From a candidate division WWE3 bacterium UBA1401 (GTDB taxonomy: Bacteria; Patescibacteriota; WWE3; UBA101185; UBA10185), in assembly GCA_002305115.1 (NCBI GenBank), contig DBQF01000001.1, forward strand, positions 92,447 to 156,446: DNA of 64,000 nucleotides. The letters are read 5' to 3'. The translations under genes were made by a program, and so were the position numbers. How positions within the stretch are numbered: position 1 is the first letter of the stretch; every line of letters starts with the position of its first letter. Under the pieces are notes generated by a model. The model made no database searches and was not told where the DNA came from. It saw only the letters and a list, made by a program, of their open reading frames with translations. Positions 8,935 to 17,075 of the stretch are shown piece after piece.

Positions 8935-10431
8935 ATTGGACGATATACGAACAAAATCCCTTGAAATCAATGTTTCAAAGTCTTCTACCAGTTCAACATT
9001 AACGATTTTACTCTCTTTGCAGTCAACATAGACTTTCTTAATAAAGTAGTGTAAGAACTGCTTTTTCTCGGTATCACTTAGTGCTTTATATAGCTTGCCA
9101 ATTTGGCTAAATCCCCAAATAATTTTATCTATCTCAGAGTCATTTAGATTATTAGATGGTTTGCTTAACTCCTTAACTTGTTTCTCTATTTGCTTCAGTT
9201 CCTGTTTCAAAGGTTTGTACTTACTTTCAATGCGCTCTTTATCAATCAAATTGTCCTCGAACAGTAGTTTATCCTCAAGTTTGCTCATCTGAGCCTCTAT
9301 GCCTTTTTTTCTCACTTCCAGGGACTTTTTAAGAGCTGGATTCTTACTGCCTTGTTGTTTTTGAACGCTAATTAAGACTTCCTCTATTTTCTGTAATCCT
9401 TTGGGTGTAAAGAGTGTTTTAGTAAAGAGTTTACACATCTCACTATCTACGTGTTCCATAAGAGCATAAGGACTTCCACAGATAGGACATCTATAGTAAT
9501 TTCCGTTAGAGTGATATTCCCCATGCATAAGATTCCTGCACTCAGCACAATAAACTATTCCAGACAGTAACGTTGTGTGTTTTCTTGATCTATCAGCTTT
9601 TCTGTTTTTCAATTGAAAGACTCTTTGGGCTTTATCAAAATCTTCCATGGATATAATAGCTTTGTGCTTGGCTTTTAAATTAATTTGTCCGTCATATTTC
9701 AGACCTCCAGTATATTCAATTCTAGTTAAAATTGTTTGTAAGGCACTTTTCTCTACCTTTTTGTTATTTACAGAACGAAAGCCCTCTGCGTATAAAACAT
9801 CTGAGAGGTTCTGCAAAGAGTAATTACCTGTATTCCATAAATCAAATGCACGTTTAATAAAGTAGCTGGTTTTTGGATCTGGATACATAGGCTCTCCCTT
9901 TTTGAAGGAGTTACAGTAGCCAATCGGTGCTTGACCCGGCTTTAATCCTTGTTCAAACATTGCTTGCATTATTCGTTTAGTTTTTCTACCGGTTCTTTTG
10001 CTTTCCAGTTCATTAACACCCGCCACAATTATGTCTAGAAATTCTGCTTCAGCCGTATCCTCGTTATTACCTTCCAAAGAAATCAACCTGATATCACGTT
10101 TTTTTAGAAAGGCTTTCACTTCAAGATGATCTTTTACGTTTCTGCAGAGGCGTGATGTGTCTTGTACCAGGATAGCGTCAAGTTTACCTTTACTGTCTTC
10201 ACAGAAGTCCAGTAGGGCTTCGAAAGACGGTCTATCTACAGTTCTAGCACTTTTACCCTCATCTTTAAATGCTGCTATTACTTCCCAACCGTTATTTTCA
10301 GCCATTTGATCTAAACGGTTCTGTTGTACAGATAAGGAATGTCCCAGTTCTGCCTGTTCGGCAGTTGTAACTCTTATGTAAAGAGCTACCTTTGGTTTTA
10401 TACCTTCTTTTGGTTCAAGTTTTAATTGCAT
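8905..10431 (-). CDS. large serine recombinase (integrase/resolvase family) with Thr at the catalytic Ser position
   Basis: 508 aa. The N-terminal resolvase domain has the pattern YIRVTTAEQ...ILVQDTSRLCRN, followed by a large C-terminal recombinase and zinc-ribbon region (CAECRNL...CPICG) and a coiled coil. Its 3' end overlaps the 3' end of tRNA-Asn. Confidence 0.8.
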   Translation of the reverse strand: MQLKLEPKEGIKPKVALYIRVTTAEQAELGHSLSVQQNRLDQMAENNGWEVIAAFKDEGKSARTVDRPSFEALLDFCEDSKGKLDAILVQDTSRLCRNVKDHLEVKAFLKKRDIRLISLEGNNEDTAEAEFLDIIVAGVNELESKRTGRKTKRIMQAMFEQGLKPGQAPIGYCNSFKKGEPMYPDPKTSYFIKRAFDLWNTGNYSLQNLSDVLYAEGFRSVNNKKVEKSALQTILTRIEYTGGLKYDGQINLKAKHKAIISMEDFDKAQRVFQLKNRKADRSRKHTTLLSGIVYCAECRNLMHGEYHSNGNYYRCPICGSPYALMEHVDSEMCKLFTKTLFTPKGLQKIEEVLISVQKQQGSKNPALKKSLEVRKKGIEAQMSKLEDKLLFEDNLIDKERIESKYKPLKQELKQIEKQVKELSKPSNNLNDSEIDKIIWGFSQIGKLYKALSDTEKKQFLHYFIKKVYVDCKESKIVNVELVEDFETLISRDFVRISSNWLPRVDSNH

Positions 10432-10447
10432 ATAAATGGCCGCCCTG

Positions 10448-10521
10448 GTGAGCTCAACAAGAACGAATTCTGTTGTCCAAGACGGCCATTAAAAAATTCG
10501 TTCCTATTATGTTGAGCTCAC
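10448..10521. repeat. imperfect inverted repeat (23-28 bp arms, ~25 bp spacer) immediately upstream of the recombinase gene
   Basis: GGTGAGCTCAACAAGAACGAATTC ... GAATTCGTTCCTATTATGTTGAGCTCAC, nested with a second pair ATGGCCG ... CGGCCAT. Confidence 0.5.
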
Positions 10522-10552
10522 ACTAATTATACCTATAGGTACTCGCTAACGC

Positions 10553-10597
10553 AATTTCCCTATTTCCCTATATATATACTTTAGGGAAATAGGGAAA
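10553..10597. repeat. perfect 45-bp palindrome with internal tandem TTTCCCTA repeats
   Basis: ATTTCCCTATTTCCCTATATATATACTTTAGGGAAATAGGGAAAT, located between the recombinase and the RepA-like gene. Confidence 0.6.
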
Positions 10598-10599
10598 TA

Positions 10600-11637
10600 C
10601 TACATCAGGTAATTTTCTGTTTTCTGCAAAGAATAGAAGTCTGTTTTTCCTTCACCCTGTTTTTTGTATTTAGATATATCTTCTGTTTCCACTAGGTGTT
10701 TTAAGGCATCTGATACTATATTTTTTCCACAAATACCTTGTAGGTTTTGTATTATTTCGGGTGTAGCCATTTCTGGTTTTTCTTCAAGAAGTTCTAATAT
10801 TTTTAAGCCTGCAAGCTCAAGCCTCTGAAGATCTTCTTCTGCTTCACCAGCATACTTAAATCTCACGGTGTTTTCTTCCCGTACCATCTCGATAACGAAT
10901 GATGGAATTGTTGTTCCTACTCTACACTTTGGTTGTTTTACCTGAATTTTATTGTCCTTTAGTTTCTTTAGAAAGATGTGCACATCAAGTGATGCAAATA
11001 GTGCAGAGGAGCCTCTTAGGGTCTGAGTTGGGTTTGAATTGCTCCAGATTCCATCTTTACGATGGTGGTGTACAATTAATACCGAACAACCCAGATTATT
11101 TATTTCTCTTAACCTTTTAATGGTTTTGTTTATCTCTTCTGAGTTGTTTTCATCCCCTGAAAATATATCTCTAAAGGTATCCAGACATATTAACTTTAGT
11201 TTCTGGGTCTCTACATAAGTCTTAAGCCATTCGAAGTGACTATCAATATTTATACTGAACCCATTTCTTATAGTAAATAATACGTCTTCGTAAACTTTAG
11301 ATAAGCCAAGAGATTTACACCTGCTTTGTAAAGCTTGTGCAGAATCTTCCTCATTTATGATAAGTACTTTGCCAGGTGTTTCTACGTTAAAGTGATCAAG
11401 GAATGTGCCATCCGAAGCTATACTTTGGGCTATTAATATTTCAATCCAGGTTTTTCCTACAGTTGATTCACCAGATAAGGCTATAATGGCTTCTGCAGGT
11501 AATAAATCTGTTATGAGCCATTCGGGTGCCTCGAATTCCCTAGTAAGTAAGCTTTCCAATGTTATTGGTTTGAATTTCTCAAAAATTTCGAATGTTTCGT
11601 CTACTAAATTTTCATTCATGTTATCTATTAATCCCAA
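10600..11637 (-). CDS. RecA-fold replication ATPase (AAA_25 / RepA-like helicase loader typical of plasmids and phages)
   Basis: 345 aa with Walker A GESTVGKT, a Walker B-like LICLDTF, and LIVHHHRKDG typical of RepA/DnaB-like P-loop proteins. A C-terminal wHTH-like tail is present. Confidence 0.6.
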   Translation of the reverse strand: MGLIDNMNENLVDETFEIFEKFKPITLESLLTREFEAPEWLITDLLPAEAIIALSGESTVGKTWIEILIAQSIASDGTFLDHFNVETPGKVLIINEEDSAQALQSRCKSLGLSKVYEDVLFTIRNGFSINIDSHFEWLKTYVETQKLKLICLDTFRDIFSGDENNSEEINKTIKRLREINNLGCSVLIVHHHRKDGIWSNSNPTQTLRGSSALFASLDVHIFLKKLKDNKIQVKQPKCRVGTTIPSFVIEMVREENTVRFKYAGEAEEDLQRLELAGLKILELLEEKPEMATPEIIQNLQGICGKNIVSDALKHLVETEDISKYKKQGEGKTDFYSLQKTENYLM

Positions 11638-12247
11638 CTAAATATCTCACTGCTTCCTGAAAGGGCAGTTGCTCTATAAGCATTACCAGTTTGATCACAT
11701 CTCCCCCCTGGTTGCAGCCAAAGCAATAAAAGCTATTGGTGTCTGTATATATGTAGAAAGATGGATGATTATCTTGGTGTAGTGGGCAATTGGTCACGTA
11801 GCCTTTGGGCGTTTTTGTTAGTTTTGAAAAATAGGGCAGTGCCTCAATAGGTACCTGTTTAGCCTGCCTTATAGTTTTTTCTCTCATAACTTGAGTTTCT
11901 GCTGATGTATTTTCTATTGCACCCTTTGCCATTTTTATAAGTCCTTCCCAATGGGTAACTTCGTTGTTAATATCTTTCCACTTTTTTTGCCAAATGCTTC
12001 TAAGAAGATCTTTATAGAAAGCCTTGTCTTCAAGATTATTTATGTCAGCGGCTCCTATCAGTTTTTCTCTCAGTTCCTTGATTATTTGCTCTTTTTCTAT
12101 TAAAGCTTCCTCAAGTTTCGCTTCAAACATTGGTAGAAGCTCTCTAGGTGTAAAGAACTCAATAAGTTCCCGCATTGCGTACATTGGTTGGGAAGCTTTG
12201 TATTTTTCTCCGAGGTTATTTAAATAGTTACTTTGTTCTAGGCACAT
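11621..12247 (-). CDS. CHC2 zinc-finger (DNA primase-type) domain protein
   Basis: 208 aa with the C-terminal motif CPLHQDNHPSFYIYTDTNSFYCFGCNQGGDVIKLV, which matches the DnaG/phage primase CHC2 zinc-finger signature. It overlaps the downstream ATPase gene by 17 nt. Confidence 0.5.
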   Translation of the reverse strand: MCLEQSNYLNNLGEKYKASQPMYAMRELIEFFTPRELLPMFEAKLEEALIEKEQIIKELREKLIGAADINNLEDKAFYKDLLRSIWQKKWKDINNEVTHWEGLIKMAKGAIENTSAETQVMREKTIRQAKQVPIEALPYFSKLTKTPKGYVTNCPLHQDNHPSFYIYTDTNSFYCFGCNQGGDVIKLVMLIEQLPFQEAVRYLVGINR

Positions 12248-12339
12248 ATTTGAACTCCTTTGCTAGACCTGGGTTGCTCTTGAAAGCCTTTTGTACGAAA
12301 TGTACCAAGCTTCCTAAATAAATAGATTGATTGGAGGAC

Positions 12340-12507
12340 TTATTTTGCATTGATGTTTTCCTCCGGGGTTAATTTGACTGTCCTGTAGGCATGTTTTATG
12401 AATACAGGTTTGCCCGCCTGTACTGTTATTTCTAAAGATCCCCACTTAAGGTCTCTTATATACGAAATAAGCAGTTCTTCTGGTTGAGAATTACTTTGTT
12501 TTTGCAT
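12340..12507 (-). CDS. small protein, DUF2292 (YezD)-like; absent from the ORF track because it is below the length cutoff
   Basis: 55-aa ORF read from the sequence: MQKQSNSQPEELLISYIRDLKWGSLEITVQAGKPVFIKHAYRTVKLTPEENINAK. The G-S-x-x-I-x-V-Q-x-G-x-x-V pattern resembles YezD-family proteins. The Shine-Dalgarno site is weak. Confidence 0.3.
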   Translation of the reverse strand: MQKQSNSQPEELLISYIRDLKWGSLEITVQAGKPVFIKHAYRTVKLTPEENINAK

Positions 12508-12551
12508 GTCCTAAAAGTAGTTCATGCAAAGAGTGAAATCGACGGTGGAGG

Positions 12552-13385
12552 TTAGATAATGTATATCGTTGACAAAAGTCCTGAATTGTGTAACGTCCTG
12601 GAGTAGTTAGTAAAGATTTCGCGAAGTTCTTTAGAAGTAGGTATTTCAAGAGGATCAAAGATACTTACTCCATCCCTCTTTTCTGTTATTTTATCCAGTT
12701 CGTCAAAGTGATTAGCCATTTCTGCCCAATGAATTTTTGTATTGTTTTGTTTTGAAATTCTTATCTTGTCCCCATAGAGAGAAAGAACCAAGTTTCCCCA
12801 ATAGACAGTTTTTTCATCTAAATTAAAAGTTCTTTTTTCATCCAAATTCCTTTGGGCATCATTAAATTCAATGTTATGTGTATCTAACCATTTTTTTAAT
12901 TCGTTTACACTTGTTGCTTGTTGTATCAGGATACAGGGATTAGAAAACGTTCTTAACATACTTATTGCTAATAGGGCGGGGTCTTTTATATTTTCCATCC
13001 AGTTGTTAAGATCATTTTTTTTAATTAATTTTATTGCTGTTTTTGGTTGAGGAACAACAATGCTGTCGGTAACTATAGCCATCTTCATTGTGAAATTCCA
13101 GGTTTCAGTAAGCCCGAAGTTTTCTAATAGTTGTTTGGATACTTCTTCAATATGATGCCTTCCATAATCATGGAAGATCTCAAGGACAGATACTATCTGC
13201 CAATTTTTTTCCAATGCTTTGACATTATCAACACCGAGGTTTTGCCTAATTGACACAATCTCATTAAAGAAACTTGGCGAAATTGTGAGAACCCCGCCCA
13301 CTAGTACATCATCTTTATCGAAGCTTTCCCTCTTCACGTTTGGGAAATATCTTAACTTAAATGGATAGTGTTGTTCACTTATCAT
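12552..13385 (-). CDS. hypothetical protein (element-encoded)
   Basis: 277 aa with no recognised motif. It lies within the integrated element between the replication genes and the repressor. Confidence 0.4.
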   Translation of the reverse strand: MISEQHYPFKLRYFPNVKRESFDKDDVLVGGVLTISPSFFNEIVSIRQNLGVDNVKALEKNWQIVSVLEIFHDYGRHHIEEVSKQLLENFGLTETWNFTMKMAIVTDSIVVPQPKTAIKLIKKNDLNNWMENIKDPALLAISMLRTFSNPCILIQQATSVNELKKWLDTHNIEFNDAQRNLDEKRTFNLDEKTVYWGNLVLSLYGDKIRISKQNNTKIHWAEMANHFDELDKITEKRDGVSIFDPLEIPTSKELREIFTNYSRTLHNSGLLSTIYII

Positions 13386-13469
13386 CCCCGCATTATACCT
13401 AAAAGCAGCCCCACGGGGTACGGGGGTAACAAATTAGATTTTTGAAACAACCTTTACGGTACCAAACCC

Positions 13470-13679
13470 TTATACTTTTAGGAGTTCATAGGGTTCTACT
13501 TTAAGAGCTTTTGCTATTTTTACTATTGTTTTAAGTGAAGGATTTCTTAAGCCACACTCTATCTCACTTATTGTTGTAAGATCTACTTTCGCATCCAAGG
13601 CAACAGCCTCCTGAGACATATTTTTTTTATTCCTTAATTCCCTTATTCTGTTTCCGACTTTTTCGTAGAACGTAGCCAT
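13470..13679 (-). CDS. XRE-family helix-turn-helix transcriptional regulator (Cro/CI-like)
   Basis: 69 aa with a canonical XRE HTH (IRELRNKKNMSQEAVALDAKVDLTTISEIECGLRNPSLKTIVKIAKAL). Confidence 0.8.
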   Translation of the reverse strand: MATFYEKVGNRIRELRNKKNMSQEAVALDAKVDLTTISEIECGLRNPSLKTIVKIAKALKVEPYELLKV

Positions 13680-13694
13680 ACTGGTAACGTCAGT

Positions 13695-13840
13695 ATGGCT
13701 TTTATGCCATTATAAAACTATGGTATGGATGCCAAATGGGTTGTACTATTCCCTATAGTACCTATTGTATACATAAAGCTGCATATTGATTCTATAAGTC
13801 TTTTGTGTGACAATATCCCATATGGCATAGATGCCATATG
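13695..13840. promoter_or_regulatory. divergent regulatory region with three operator-like palindromes ATGGY-N6-GCCAW
   Basis: The sites are ATGGCTTTTATGCCAT (13695-13710), ATGGTATGGATGCCAA (13720-13735) and CATATGGCATAGATGCCATATG (13819-13840). They lie between the XRE gene and the divergent + strand genes. Confidence 0.4.
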
Positions 13841-13893
13841 AGTGTCGTTATGTGCTGCCAGATCAGTGATTTTACGGATATAGTACTAAACCC

Positions 13894-14400
13894 ATGCACA
13901 CTATAAGACAAAAATTACATTTTGTTTTTACTCTAGCCTTAATATTTGTACTATTGTTGCTTATACTTAATGCTCCAGCTTTGTTTACTGCTAAAGATGT
14001 CAGGTTTTATAAACTGGATATTATAGTAGTTGAGAAAGGTATCCTCGATATTTACAAGTATCCCCCCGATAACTATCTTTTACCTACCAGAGTAGGCTAT
14101 AGTGAGCCTGAAGTGACTGTAATAACCTCAGATACAAAGGCCAATACAGTTCTAGCTTTTACACTGCCCTCGATTTTTTCACATTTGATGATTGTAAACA
14201 AAGATTTAGAACCTGTTAATAAGACTGTTGCCCTTATGGAAGGTAATAAGGCACATCTTGCTGTGCCAGAAGGTGCTTATTTGGTAGAAATAGCCCCTGA
14301 ATCCGGTTATACCGGGAGTAAATCTATTGAAGTGCGTGAGAATAGTGTGGTGATTCTTCCGGTAGAGAAGGCTTCTAATTATGCTTACTACCTCAGGTAA
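13894..14400 (+). CDS. hypothetical membrane-anchored (N-terminal TM) protein
   Basis: 168 aa with an N-terminal hydrophobic anchor followed by a beta-rich extracytoplasmic region. Confidence 0.45.
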   Translation: MHTIRQKLHFVFTLALIFVLLLLILNAPALFTAKDVRFYKLDIIVVEKGILDIYKYPPDNYLLPTRVGYSEPEVTVITSDTKANTVLAFTLPSIFSHLMIVNKDLEPVNKTVALMEGNKAHLAVPEGAYLVEIAPESGYTGSKSIEVRENSVVILPVEKASNYAYYLR

Positions 14401-14519
14401 GGCAAAGCTTTAGAAATAAAGATAACAAAGGAGTTTCAGAAGATGTAAAGCACAATAATTATTTGATAGGGTTGGAGGGCATATCTAGGACTTAAATAGC
14501 CCTGATATAACTCAAATTA

Positions 14520-15047
14520 ATGACTGATAATAAAATTAGTACTTCACGTAATCTAAAGAGAAAATTAAAAATATTTGTCTTTGTAATAGCTAGTGGTTTC
14601 TACTATTTTGCTGGATATAATGTTTTTTCTGCATTATTCCATTTTGATTCGATTGATCCTGAAAATTTGACTTTAGTTGGTTCGCTTGCGCAACTTTTTG
14701 CTATGTTTGTTTTACCTGTGATTTTTATAAAATTACTCTTTTGGTTAAAGGATGAAAGTTTATCAATGAGTTTATGGTACATAGTTAAAGAAACTAACTT
14801 GATAAACCAACTGATTAAGAAAAACAGAGAGGGAAAGGTTTCTTTAAATGAGATTATGTATCTTGAAGGGCTTTTGAAAGGTGGTTACAAAAACTTGATG
14901 CAAAGATACGGTAGTGAGCTAACTACTGAGGAGAAAATAGATATGGAAAAACAGATGAATGCTATTGAGAATGCAAGAAGAAAACTCATTGGAGAAATAC
15001 GTGATTCTAATCTTTTTGGTCCTGGCGTGAAAATTGTTTCTGATTAA
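14520..15047 (+). CDS. hypothetical membrane protein (2 TM plus cytoplasmic domain)
   Basis: 175 aa with two hydrophobic helices and no recognised motif. Confidence 0.45.
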   Translation: MTDNKISTSRNLKRKLKIFVFVIASGFYYFAGYNVFSALFHFDSIDPENLTLVGSLAQLFAMFVLPVIFIKLLFWLKDESLSMSLWYIVKETNLINQLIKKNREGKVSLNEIMYLEGLLKGGYKNLMQRYGSELTTEEKIDMEKQMNAIENARRKLIGEIRDSNLFGPGVKIVSD

Positions 15048-15463
15048 TTACTACAAAAATACGAACCTGTTCAAGTTTTTAAAGACTCTAAATGCCTATT
15101 CTTAGCGGATAAAAAAGTAGTTATCTCTTGAAAGCTTGTTATTATATCGATTTAATCCCCGAGGTACGTTTTACTTTGTTGATATTGTGTCCTTTTTAAT
15201 TTTATATGCCGTAGATTATTGTTCGTAAACAATTTAAGCCCTGAGCCACTTTTCACAGCAAGTAACCTTCCGCTAAAAGCCCGTTGAAGTACTGTTGCCC
15301 CATTAGATTACTTATATAATCAGGATTATCACCTGAATTTTCTACCAACTTATAAACTAAGCCATATTCATTCTAATCTCAGGAAACTAAACAATTTTCA
15401 GTTATCCCTTGCGACTCAAACTTAACAGCATTTCCTTTATAGGGTATATAATTACATCAGCAA

Positions 15464-16504
15464 ATGCATATAAAAAAACAAACACTGAAGTATGCGTTAT
15501 TTCTATTAGTGGGATTGATCTTACTTCCCGTTCTCCCCCTAGCCATAGCCATGTTTATCTCTTACAAAGTATATAAATCAGGTGTACAGAAACGTTGGTT
15601 AGTGATATCTGCTGTTATTTTACTTACTTTATTTGCACTCCCTAGCTGGATAAATCTCTTTCCAGATGCCAATGACATCAAAGAATCTACTCAGGATAAC
15701 CAGACTTCAGTAGCCCCCTTAAATATAGCCAATGAGCCACAAGAACAACAGGCTGAAAGCAACATAGTTGAGAATAAAGAAGAAAAACCAGAGTATGAGA
15801 AAGCTTTAGTTCTAAGAGTAGTTGATGGAGATACCATAGAGCTTGAGGGGGGCCAAAAAGTCAGATATATCGGTATGGATACACCAGAATTAACCAGTTC
15901 TGTTGACTGTTATGCCGAGGAGGCTTCGAATAAAAATAGAGAATTAGTAGAAGGTAAAGAGGTTGAGATGGAAAAAGATGTTTCGGAAACAGATCAGTAT
16001 GGAAGGCTGCTTCGTTATGTCTATATAGATGGTCAAATGGTTAATGAGTCGTTAGTTAGTGAAGGTTATGCTCGTGTTGCTACTTATCCGCCTGATGCGA
16101 AGAATAAAGATTTGTTTCTGGCCGCAGAGCAGGATGCCAGGGATAATAGGAGAGGTTTGTGGGGTGATGCCTGTGCTTGTGAGGGGGAAACGTTAAGTAC
16201 TGTTTGTACTTCTTGCAATCTTTCTACAATAACGATGCAAAGGTTTGACTGTTCCACTTATGAGCAGACTAAGGATGATTCTAGCTGTGCCTATTTATGC
16301 CCAGTGCCTAAACCAGAGTCTGTTTATGTACCGCCTGTTGTAACTACTCCTCAGCAACCTTCAAGTAGTTATGTTTGTAATTGTAAGAAGACCTGCCCTC
16401 AAATGAGTTCTTGTGAGGAGGCGCAATATCAGTTGAATGTGTGTGGTTGTTCTCAGCGTGATGCTGATCACGATGGGGTTGCATGTGACGCAGATTGTCA
16501 GTAG
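15464..16504 (+). CDS. membrane-anchored thermonuclease (SNase-like) with a C-terminal Cys-rich linker and an Excalibur Ca-binding motif
   Basis: 346 aa with two N-terminal TM helices. The SNase core is LRVVDGDTIEL...RYIGMDTPE...DQYGRLLRYVYIDG...EGYARV. The C-terminal DADHDGVACD matches the Excalibur DxDxDGxxCE signature. Confidence 0.75.
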   Translation: MHIKKQTLKYALFLLVGLILLPVLPLAIAMFISYKVYKSGVQKRWLVISAVILLTLFALPSWINLFPDANDIKESTQDNQTSVAPLNIANEPQEQQAESNIVENKEEKPEYEKALVLRVVDGDTIELEGGQKVRYIGMDTPELTSSVDCYAEEASNKNRELVEGKEVEMEKDVSETDQYGRLLRYVYIDGQMVNESLVSEGYARVATYPPDAKNKDLFLAAEQDARDNRRGLWGDACACEGETLSTVCTSCNLSTITMQRFDCSTYEQTKDDSSCAYLCPVPKPESVYVPPVVTTPQQPSSSYVCNCKKTCPQMSSCEEAQYQLNVCGCSQRDADHDGVACDADCQ

Positions 16505-16523
16505 TTATTCTAAAATATATCCA

Positions 16524-17075
16524 ATGATATTTGGATTACTAAAAGGCGTATGGTCAACTATTAATTTTACTGATCTCCTCTCTCAGGTTTTAAGTAGTCT
16601 AATTGCGGCAACTCTTTTTTGGATTTTGATTGAGAGCCGTATTAAGAAGTTTGTAGAATCTAAGGAAAGAATTCAACTTTCACGTATGTTTCTTGAACAA
16701 GTTATTTATAACAGAATTGTTGCAGTGAAAATTGTTGAGAAAAAGGATTCTTATCTAAGTGGAAAGAATTACACTTTTCTTAAGTACGAAACTAGTGATA
16801 TTGATAAGTTTTTGGCAACAGAGCCTCTCAATCTTGACATAAAATTTTATGCTAATACTCGTGTAGTAAATGCGGCACTAAAGAAGGATAACATGCTTAT
16901 AGATATATTTTGGTTTAGTCCTCAATTAACTCAAGAAGATAGAAAAATCAATAAAGAGACTTTAATAGCTAATGCCTCTATCTGTGTTGAGAATATGGAT
17001 AAGATACTTAACGATAAAGATTTTGTAACAAAAATGAAGAAACAGGGGTTAACAAAAGCCAGCCTATATAAATAG
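16524..17075 (+). CDS. hypothetical protein (start uncertain; I chose ATG 16524, the first in-frame ATG past the stop of the upstream gene; the track's upstream start 16437 overlaps it)
   Basis: 183 aa with an N-terminal hydrophobic segment and no recognised motif. Confidence 0.35.
   Translation: MIFGLLKGVWSTINFTDLLSQVLSSLIAATLFWILIESRIKKFVESKERIQLSRMFLEQVIYNRIVAVKIVEKKDSYLSGKNYTFLKYETSDIDKFLATEPLNLDIKFYANTRVVNAALKKDNMLIDIFWFSPQLTQEDRKINKETLIANASICVENMDKILNDKDFVTKMKKQGLTKASLYK

Noticed and set aside
15048-15463. 416-bp noncoding gap upstream of the nuclease gene, considered as a possible ncRNA
   Set aside because: It is AT-rich with no stable conserved-looking helices or recognisable RNA motifs. 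It is probably just promoter or UTR sequence, and I cannot support an RNA call by eye.
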